Assembly: GCA_002189035.1 (NCBI GenBank)
Contig: NEEC01000009.1
Coordinates: 744,001 to 808,000 of the forward strand
Reading direction: 5' to 3'
Source of the DNA: Utricularia gibba
Taxonomy: Eukaryota > Plantae > Magnoliophyta
Length of the DNA stretch: 64,000 nucleotides
Each line of letters starts with the position of its first letter. Positions within the stretch are counted from its first letter, which is position 1. A program made the position numbers and the translations under genes. The notes under the pieces are model-generated. The model was not told the origin of the DNA, did not search any database, and was given only the letters and a program-made list of their open reading frames with translations. Positions 41,409 to 51,890 of this stretch are shown piece by piece.

Positions 41409-42782
41409 TGAATCCAGAGGTGAGACTCCAGAAAAGCGAGATTCTTCTGGTGAGTCAAAGCAGAGAGGAGATGAGTGATCGTTGAAGCCAGCCAAGTCTA
41501 TATATATACACGCACACACAGCTGGGTATGAACCCATCGGAGTCGCAGGGAATGTTCGGGGGAGGTGGTTGCCTTTGACAATTTCATGGAAATGGGAGAC
41601 GTTGGCCTTTTTAAAAATGACAAAAAAAAAAAAAAACCAATCCAATACGACGTCGCTCAGTCAGCCATAGCCGGTGCCCAAACCGATAGAAGTAACCACT
41701 GCTACTGTAAGGGGGAGACCTTGTAATTTTCATCTCATTTTATTTAACTTAATAACTAAATAGAGAAAACAAACATATTGAATATTTTTATTCTATTTTT
41801 AAACGAAAGTCAAACCAAAAAAATAAAAAAATTGTATAGATATATCAAAATTTCACGTTAGTTAAGGGAAATAAAATTTACGAAACATTTGGATTAGAAT
41901 TTGATATCTCCATTTCGATATATTATTTTATATTTTTATTTGTAATTCCTTATTTTTTATTTATATTAAAAACCAATGAAATTATAATTATGTTTTTCGT
42001 ATAAATAAAACATTTTTATTCTTTATCCATATATTACTATTAAAATATTTTCACTATGTTCAAATCTAGTAAATAAATAAATCCTTAAAAAAATCTAAAA
42101 AAAGCAGGTGACAGGTGTAGTCAACGCCGATGTCAATCGGCGTGCGGGGTGGGTGTTCACACCTCCCTGCGAATGGACGGAATCCTTTGTTCCCTTTGTG
42201 CCGACGAAATATTATTGTTTAAGCTCTTTTTTATCCATGTGATGATTTAATAATATAATAATATAATAAAAAAGAATTTCCCTTTCTTCTCCATCCAGCA
42301 AAAGATAAGGGCATCTGGCAACCAAATATATATTCCTTTTCACTGAAAAGGATTCACATGCCTGAAAATAATTAATACTTTTTGTTTTTAAGTGACTTAG
42401 TTGTCTTTAATAGACAGTAATTGCAATGATTTGAATAAAACGGTAAATAAAATTGCTTGTTTTAATATAACAAGGGAATTATTTCAACACACGGGAGTGT
42501 TCGTTGCCTTTTTCGCAGGTGGGGACACTGGCTGCCGCAGATTCATTCAACGCAGGGGCCGGGGCCAGGGCCAGGGGAGTTGGTTAGAACATTCTTTTTA
42601 ACACGATCCCTATAGTAAGTTAGTTTTAAATGATACAACAAAGTTTGGATTCCACGCGCTTTGCTAAATGGAAGAGCAGGATCACTCACAGTTTAGAAGC
42701 ACAAATAGGCATCTCCCAAATGGATTGATTCCACAAGCAGGCTGCGGCGCGGTGCTGCTATTCGTGTCTGGTCTTGGAGTCA

Positions 42783-45700
42783 TCAGCTCCCACAGGCCAG
42801 ACACTCGTCACGGTTCTCTAGAGAGCATGCTATCTGTGCCATCTTCTTCAACTCATCCTCGCTCTCGGCTTCTCTCAGGTTCTCTCGCAGGCCCTGCAAC
42901 CAGGCCAGCCATTCATTCATCATTAGGAATGAATGAGATGGGGAATGTGCAGAAGCTGATAAACACCTACATTTTGTTTTAGCATGGTGGTGTCCACTGT
43001 GAACTTGACGGCGTCCGCTGCAGCGCGTGTTCGTAGATAGTACATTCCTGTTTTCAAGCCCTTCCGTGCGCAAAAACACAGCCATCAGTAACAGAAAAGG
43101 GAAGCAGTGCGGACATTTCAGATGATCGATAGGACTCGGTTAAGAGGTGCAGCAACAATTCAGCCAGGCTTACATACCTTGGACCATGCGTAGAAGTGCA
43201 AGGAGGTTAGCTTTCCGGTTGTGGGTTCATCCATATGAATGTTGAGGCTCTGGCTCTGGTCTATGTAGCTGCCCCGATCGGCCGCCATGTCCACCAGCGC
43301 CCTTTGCTTGATCTCCCAAACAGTCCTGGATACACAGAATTGAATGAGTGATAACCCCAAGATGCACATGGCGCCAGCACGCTTTCAGAAACCATACTTG
43401 TAAATTGCCTTTAGCTCTGAAGGAATCTCGGGAATGTTTTGCACGGAACCATTCTGGTAAATTATGCGGTTCTTGAGAACTGGAGACCAGAGTCCCAGCT
43501 CTGTCAAATCATGTAGGAGATGCTTATTCACCACTACGAACTCCCCACTACAAACAAAAAAATAAATAAAAGATCAAATTTAGAATGGAGCATACGCAGA
43601 AGAAAAATAAAGCAAAACAAATGAGTACTCAAGGAAATCATACCTTAGAACCCTGCGGTTATATATATTAGATGTATACGGCTCAAAGCATTCATTGTTC
43701 CCAAGAATCTGGCTTGTGGAAGCAGTTGGCATTGGGGACACCAGAAGTGAATTCCTCACTCCATTGCTTGCAATGTCGGCTCTAAGAGTAGGCCAATCCC
43801 ACCTTTCAGAAGGTTTTACCCCCCACATATCGGGCTGAAGAATACCCTAAACGAGTGAAAGAAGCAATGTCAATGCATGGTAGAGTCTAACATTTCCATA
43901 AAAGGAAAAATCGCAAAGGCTCTAAAAGCTACCTTGCTGACTGGACTGCCAGTGTATGTTTCATATGGACCTTGAATTTTAGCAAGATCACAAGATGCTC
44001 TTAAAGCGTGGTAGTAAATTGTCTCAAAAATATCCTTGTTGAGCTGCTGGGCCTGCATCATTTCAATAACACGTTAAAGAAACGCAGGCAATACAAGCGA
44101 ACATGAAAGAATGAATAAATGAAAAAGAATTTATACCTCTGGAGATTCAAAGGGCATGCCAAGTAAAATAAAAGTATCTGCCAACCCTTGCACACCAATT
44201 CCGATTGGCCTGTGGCGCATGTTAGAACGCCTAGCAGTTTCAACAGGGTAATAGTTGGTATCTATTATCTTGTTGAGGTTTCTAGTAACAATCGAAGTCA
44301 CCTGCACTGACAAGATGGGGTGAGAATGACAACTACAAGCATCATCAAATGCTACATATCCGGCACAAGACAAGGGAAGAAAATGAGCAAGACCTCTGCC
44401 AATTTTTTAAAGTCAAAATATCTGCTCTTGAAACCTAGACTCCCCACAGGCTTGGCAGGCTGCGAATCTGGAAGCATTCCCTGCTTGAAAGGGAATTAAA
44501 AGGACATTAGCACATTTGATACCATAATTGCAAATCCGTGTCATTTATAAGCTAAAGTACCTGTTCTCTAACACATCGAGGCAGGGCAATGGATGCAAGA
44601 TTACACACTGCTGTTTCCGTGGGACTTGAATACTCGATAATTTCAGTACACAAGTTGGAAGATTTAATGGTGCCAAGATTCTGCTGGTTGCTTTTTCTAT
44701 TGCAAGCATCCTGAAATTCATGTACATCATGTCACATCACCATAATAGATGATACATGTCAAATAGAGATCATGGCAGGATGACTACCTTGTACAACATG
44801 TACGGATTTCCTGTTTCAATCTGGGATTTCAATATCTCGGACCAAAGATCCCGCGCCTGAACAACCTTCTTTGCTTTCCCCTGATGCAAACCCAAAATCA
44901 CATGAAGCAACAATTCATTGAATCATGCCTTACAAAGATGACGCCTTTACCTCTGCTTCATATCGCGTGTACAATGCTTCAAACTCCTCACCCCAACAAT
45001 CAGCTAACCCTGGAGACTCATTTGGACAAAAAAGCGCCCACTTTTTATGTGCACGAACTCTTTCCATGAACAAATCTGGGATCCAAAGGCCCAAAAATAA
45101 ATCTCTTGCACGATGCTCTTCCTGAAAGTAGAAAAGAGAATGCCTCCGTCATGTGTCAAGATGTGCTCAAAACACAGACTTTACTTAAGCTGAGGACCGA
45201 TAAAGAAAGATTCACCATGTAATAATGACTAACAGCTATACCTTCCCGTGATTTTTTCTCAAGTCCAGAAACTCGAAGATATCTGCGTGCCATGGCTCCA
45301 AGTAAACAGCAAAAGCACCTGGTACATCGGCAAATTTTATTAGCTGCGCATTTGAGCCCTGCGTTTATGTACCAGAGTATTCACCTTTCCTCTTTCCACC
45401 TCCTTGATCCACATACCGGGCAGTGTCATTGAAAACTCTAAGCATAGGAATAATTCCATTCGATGTCCCATTTGTACCACGTATATAGCTTCCTGTGGCA
45501 CGGATGTTGTGGATCGAGAGACCGATGCCACCCGCTGATTTGCTAATCACAGCACATTCCTTCAGGGTATCATAAATGCCCTCAATACTATCTTCCTTCA
45601 TGCACACCAAGAAGCAGCTGCTCAACTGCATGTGATACAAGGAAAACCGATCATACACATATCTCTATCTGCCTAGTAAGAATTCTTTAGCATACTTGTG

Positions 45701-46597
45701 GCCTTGGTGTTCCAGCATTGAAAAGTGTGGGAGAAGCATGGGTAAACCATTGCTGAGACAACAGATGGTATGTATGAACAGCGGATTCAATATCATCCTT
45801 GTGGATGCCAACCGCAACCCTCATCAGCATATGTTGAGGTCTTTCAACAACCTGTCCGTTGATCTTTGAAAGGTAGGACTTTTCCAGAGTCTTGAAACCA
45901 AAGTAGTCATACCCAAAATCTCTGTCGTATATGATTTCACTATCAAGTCGACCAGAATTCTGTAGAGAATTTAAAAAAAAAAAAAAAAAGTGGGGGCAAT
46001 GCTCAGGTCAGGTTTGCTGAGCACAGTTACATGAGGCTGGACAAGGTGTGAGTATCGAGTACCTTCATGATCACATCATACACATCATCTGCAATCAAGG
46101 ACGCTTTGAGTCCTGACCTCTCATTAACATGGTTGTACATGTCCTTAATCCTTCAAGCGCATTCAAGAGCAGTTTATACGAAAAACCACAAATTTTGACG
46201 GATCCATAAAAACCGAACGCAAAAATGAATTCTTACGTTTCTGAAAACGATTTCTTGGTATTTTTATGCAGATTGGATACAGCAATCCTTGCAGCCAACT
46301 GAAATACAGTACCAAGAAAACGAGCACAGTCAGAAAACGAAAATCAGAATCAATTAAGACAAAACTCACCGACGCATAATCAGGATGATTGGCGGTCATG
46401 GCAGCAGCCGTCTCAGCAGCTAATTCATCAAGTTGGCTTGTAGTCACCCCTTTATAGACCCCTGCACAGACTTTCTGCGACACCAAAACAGGGTCACAGT
46501 GCTCGGTGCTGAGACCGTAACTCAATTTCTTGAGCCTCGCAGTGATCTTGTCGAAATGAACAGCCTCATACCGCCCATCCCTCTTAACCACGTACAT
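42783..46597 (-). CDS. RNR1: Ribonucleoside-diphosphate reductase large subunit, left copy (intact at the only site found to differ between copies)
   Basis: [12 protein letters not shown]-cone start, [15 protein letters not shown] catalytic motif, [31 protein letters not shown]-terminal ECLACGS*. Has six C at 43819-43824, keeping MWGVKP in frame. Confidence 0.96.
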
Positions 46598-46705
46598 CAT
46601 GTCCAGATCTCGCTCACAAATTTTCTCACACAAAGTGTTTGGAACCTTCCACGACCACGACAACCGAACCAAGACCTTATAGAACTTTTCCCTCTTAAAT
46701 TTGGG

Positions 46706-46713
46706 ATTCCCGC
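46706..46713 (+). promoter_or_regulatory. E2F-type element ATTCCCGC upstream of left RNR1 (mirror copy at 46902-46909 upstream of right RNR1)
   Basis: Matches the plant E2F consensus WTTSSCSS, about 110 bp from each ATG. Plant RNR genes are established E2F targets. Confidence 0.55.
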
Positions 46714-47017
46714 GCTTGATATGGGGTCGGCGGTTGGGGGAGGAGGTGGGGGGTCGGACTAGAGCAAAACCTTAGCCGGGAGACTATGAAAAGTCCAATA
46801 TACCCCTCGAAGAAGGTTGGACTTTTCATAGTCTCCCGGCTAAGGTTTTGCTCTAGTCCGACCCCCACCTCCTCCCCCAACCGCCGACCCCCATATCAAG
46901 CGCGGGAATCCCAAATTTAAGAGGGAAAAGTTCTATAAGGTCTTGGTTCGGTTGTCGTGGTCGTGGAAGGTTCCAAACACTTTGTGTGAGAAAATTTGTG
47001 AGCGAGATCTGGACATG

Positions 47018-50000
47018 ATGTACGTGGTTAAGAGGGATGGGCGGTATGAGGCTGTTCATTTCGACAAGATCACTGCGAGGCTCAAGAAATTGAGTTACGG
47101 TCTCAGCACCGAGCACTGTGACCCTGTTTTGGTGTCGCAGAAAGTCTGTGCAGGGGTCTATAAAGGGGTGACTACAAGCCAACTTGATGAATTAGCTGCT
47201 GAGACGGCTGCTGCCATGACCGCCAATCATCCTGATTATGCGTCGGTGAGTTTTGTCTTAATTGATTCTGATTTTCGTTTTCTGACTGTGCTCGTTTTCT
47301 TGGTACTGTATTTCAGTTGGCTGCAAGGATTGCTGTATCCAATCTGCATAAAAATACCAAGAAATCGTTTTCAGAAACGTAAGAATTCATTTTTGCGTTC
47401 GGTTTTTATGGATCCGTCAAAATTTGTGGTTTTTCGTATAAACTGCTCTTGAATGCGCTTGAAGGATTAAGGACATGTACAACCATGTTAATGAGAGGTC
47501 AGGACTCAAAGCGTCCTTGATTGCAGATGATGTGTATGATGTGATCATGAAGGTACTCGATACTCACACCTTGTCCAGCCTCATGTAACTGTGCTCAGCA
47601 AACCTGACCTGAGCATTGCCCCCACTTTTTTTTTTTTTTTTTAAATTCTCTACAGAATTCTGGTCGACTTGATAGTGAAATCATATACGACAGAGATTTT
47701 GGGTATGACTACTTTGGTTTCAAGACTCTGGAAAAGTCCTACCTTTCAAAGATCAACGGACAGGTTGTTGAAAGACCTCAACATATGCTGATGAGGGTTG
47801 CGGTTGGCATCCACAAGGATGATATTGAATCCGCTGTTCATACATACCATCTGTTGTCTCAGCAATGGTTTACCCATGCTTCTCCCACACTTTTCAATGC
47901 TGGAACACCAAGGCCACAAGTATGCTAAAGAATTCTTACTAGGCAGATAGAGATATGTGTATGATCGGTTTTCCTTGTATCACATGCAGTTGAGCAGCTG
48001 CTTCTTGGTGTGCATGAAGGAAGATAGTATTGAGGGCATTTATGATACCCTGAAGGAATGTGCTGTGATTAGCAAATCAGCGGGTGGCATCGGTCTCTCG
48101 ATCCACAACATCCGTGCCACAGGAAGCTATATACGTGGTACAAATGGGACATCGAATGGAATTATTCCTATGCTTAGAGTTTTCAATGACACTGCCCGGT
48201 ATGTGGATCAAGGAGGTGGAAAGAGGAAAGGTGAATACTCTGGTACATAAACGCAGGGCTCAAATGCGCAGCTAATAAAATTTGCCGATGTACCAGGTGC
48301 TTTTGCTGTTTACTTGGAGCCATGGCACGCAGATATCTTCGAGTTTCTGGACTTGAGAAAAAATCACGGGAAGGTATAGCTGTTAGTCATTATTACATGG
48401 TGAATCTTTCTTTATCGGTCCTCAGCTTAAGTAAAGTCTGTGTTTTGAGCACATCTTGACACATGACGGAGGCATTCTCTTTTCTACTTTCAGGAAGAGC
48501 ATCGTGCAAGAGATTTATTTTTGGGCCTTTGGATCCCAGATTTGTTCATGGAAAGAGTTCGTGCACATAAAAAGTGGGCGCTTTTTTGTCCAAATGAGTC
48601 TCCAGGGTTAGCTGATTGTTGGGGTGAGGAGTTTGAAGCATTGTACACGCGATATGAAGCAGAGGTAAAGGCGTCATCTTTGTAAGGCATGATTCAATGA
48701 ATTGTTGCTTCATGTGATTTTGGGTTTGCATCAGGGGAAAGCAAAGAAGGTTGTTCAGGCGCGGGATCTTTGGTCCGAGATATTGAAATCCCAGATTGAA
48801 ACAGGAAATCCGTACATGTTGTACAAGGTAGTCATCCTGCCATGATCTCTATTTGACATGTATCATCTATTATGGTGATGTGACATGATGTACATGAATT
48901 TCAGGATGCTTGCAATAGAAAAAGCAACCAGCAGAATCTTGGCACCATTAAATCTTCCAACTTGTGTACTGAAATTATCGAGTATTCAAGTCCCACGGAA
49001 ACAGCAGTGTGTAATCTTGCATCCATTGCCCTGCCTCGATGTGTTAGAGAACAGGTACTTTAGCTTATAAATGACACGGATTTGCAATTATGGTATCAAA
49101 TGTGCTAATGTCCTTTTAATTCCCTTTCAAGCAGGGAATGCTTCCAGATTCGCAGCCTGCCAAGCCTGTGGGGAGTCTAGGTTTCAAGAGCAGATATTTT
49201 GACTTTAAAAAATTGGCAGAGGTCTTGCTCATTTTCTTCCCTTGTCTTGTGCCGGATATGTAGCATTTGATGATGCTTGTAGTTGTCATTCTCACCCCAT
49301 CTTGTCAGTGCAGGTGACTTCGATTGTTACTAGAAACCTCAACAAGATAATAGATACCAACTATTACCCTGTTGAAACTGCTAGGCGTTCTAACATGCGC
49401 CACAGGCCAATCGGAATTGGTGTGCAAGGGTTGGCAGATACTTTTATTTTACTTGGCATGCCCTTTGAATCTCCAGAGGTATAAATTCTTTTTCATTTAT
49501 TCATTCTTTCATGTTCGCTTGTATTGCCTGCGTTTCTTTAACGTGTTATTGAAATGATGCAGGCCCAGCAGCTCAACAAGGATATTTTTGAGACAATTTA
49601 CTACCACGCTTTAAGAGCATCTTGTGATCTTGCTAAAATTCAAGGTCCATATGAAACATACACTGGCAGTCCAGTCAGCAAGGTAGCTTTTAGAGCCTTT
49701 GCGATTTTTCCTTTTATGGAAATGTTAGACTCTACCATGCATTGACATTGCTTCTTTCACTCGTTTAGGGTATTCTTCAGCCCGATATGTGGGGGTAAAA
49801 CCTTCTGAAAGGTGGGATTGGCCTACTCTTAGAGCCGACATTGCAAGCAATGGAGTGAGGAATTCACTTCTGGTGTCCCCAATGCCAACTGCTTCCACAA
49901 GCCAGATTCTTGGGAACAATGAATGCTTTGAGCCGTATACATCTAATATATATAACCGCAGGGTTCTAAGGTATGATTTCCTTGAGTACTCATTTGTTTT

Positions 50001-50831
50001 GCTTTATTTTTCTTCTGCGTATGCTCCATTCTAAATTTGATCTTTTATTTATTTTTTTGTTTGTAGTGGGGAGTTCGTAGTGGTGAATAAGCATCTCCTA
50101 CATGATTTGACAGAGCTGGGACTCTGGTCTCCAGTTCTCAAGAACCGCATAATTTACCAGAATGGTTCCGTGCAAAACATTCCCGAGATTCCTTCAGAGC
50201 TAAAGGCAATTTACAAGTATGGTTTCTGAAAGCGTGCTGGCGCCATGTGCATCTTGGGGTTATCACTCATTCAATTCTGTGTATCCAGGACTGTTTGGGA
50301 GATCAAGCAAAGGGCGCTGGTGGACATGGCGGCCGATCGGGGCAGCTACATAGACCAGAGCCAGAGCCTCAACATTCATATGGATGAACCCACAACCGGA
50401 AAGCTAACCTCCTTGCACTTCTACGCATGGTCCAAGGTATGTAAGCCTGGCTGAATTGTTGCTGCACCTCTTAACCGAGTCCTATCGATCATCTGAAATG
50501 TCCGCACTGCTTCCCTTTTCTGTTACTGATGGCTGTGTTTTTGCGCACGGAAGGGCTTGAAAACAGGAATGTACTATCTACGAACACGCGCTGCAGCGGA
50601 CGCCGTCAAGTTCACAGTGGACACCACCATGCTAAAACAAAATGTAGGTGTTTATCAGCTTCTGCACATTCCCCATCTCATTCATTCCTAATGATGAATG
50701 AATGGCTGGCCTGGTTGCAGGGCCTGCGAGAGAACCTGAGAGAAGCCGAGAGCGAGGATGAGTTGAAGAAGATGGCACAGATAGCATGCTCTCTAGAGAA
50801 CCGTGACGAGTGTCTGGCCTGTGGGAGCTGA
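47018..50831 (+). CDS. RNR1: Ribonucleoside-diphosphate reductase large subunit, right copy (apparent 1-nt deletion at 49791-49795)
   Basis: Mirror image of the left copy with the same motifs. Five G instead of six at 49791-49795 shifts the frame at DMWGVKP. Confidence 0.93.
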
Positions 50832-51890
50832 TGACTCCAAGACCAGACACGAATAGCAGCACCGCGCCGCAGCCTGCTTGTGGAATCAATCCATTTGGGA
50901 GATGCCTATTTGTGCTTCTAAACTGTGAGTGATCCTGCTCTTCCATTTAGCAAAGCGCGTGGAATCCAAACTTTGTTGTATCATTTAAAACTAACTTACT
51001 ATAGGGATCGTGTTAAAAAGAATGTTCTCATCAATAGAACTTAATTCCCTTGTGTTGAATGAATCAACAGCAGTCGGAGTTTCCACCTGGGAAAATGCCT
51101 CTCTTTGTGATGTCTCATATTGAGGAAGAATGGTGATTTAAAAAAGTGGTCATTGTCATCTCACTGTGATAAAAGTGATCACCTAACATGAAAAAAAAAT
51201 GTTAGTACGTGAGAGAATATTTTTCTAAATAACCCTAAATAAGGATTAAACGAATCATGTATATTGAAAATGATAAAATTAAATAGAATGATTACATAAA
51301 TATTATATGATGTTTTTTTCTCATACATGATTGAACATCTTTGATAATGATTTCAAAATTAAACATGTTTGAAATGAGGTAAAATAAATATAGATTACCT
51401 ATTGTTAATTCAATAATAATTTGGTAGTTTAAACATATAATATTATATAATACAAGCGTAAATTGTTACATCTTCTCGCGGAGTGTTGTCACCACCAACA
51501 ACTCCCTAACTTGCTCATTATGTTTGTTTTAATCATCATTTAATACTAATTTAATTTTTTATAATATAAGTATATGTTTCTTTAATCTGTAGATATAAAT
51601 GGAACACAATTGACTTTTAAAATATATACTTGATTAAAAATTATTTAAATGAAGTAACATTTAAATTTCAGTTCTCAGTAAACAATACTCTTTAAACCTT
51701 AATTTACATATTGAATAAGAAATTTAATTTTTCATTCTAGACATCATCATCACAGATCAAAGCATACTCAGACATCTTCCTGTCTTCCATTGAACATAAT
51801 TCTATACTTAAACCTAACTATTTGCAGATAATGAAAGAATAATAATGTTGAATAAAAAAAAAAGGAATGAATGGAAGGCAATGTTTGTTT

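Larger units (their letters stand above)
42586..51028. repeat. Near-perfect 8.4-kb palindrome: left arm 42586-46798, spacer 46799-46816 (tatacccctcgaagaagg), right arm 46817-51028
   Basis: Mirrored ORFs have identical translations with constant coordinate sums (93615 centrally, 93614 distal to 49795). Spot-checked intron, poly-A/T17 and 3' UTR segments are exact reverse complements. Confidence 0.98.

Noticed and set aside
42239-42346. Box C (GTGATGA) and box D (CTGA) pair suggesting a C/D snoRNA
   Set aside because: Weak, offset terminal stem, low-complexity interior and no rRNA-complementary guide that I could identify.
46799-46816. Spacer as a leftover sequencing adapter
   Set aside because: It does not resemble the SMRTbell hairpin adapter, and diverged mirror homology outside the arms argues for a genomic origin. 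Read-level confirmation is still needed.
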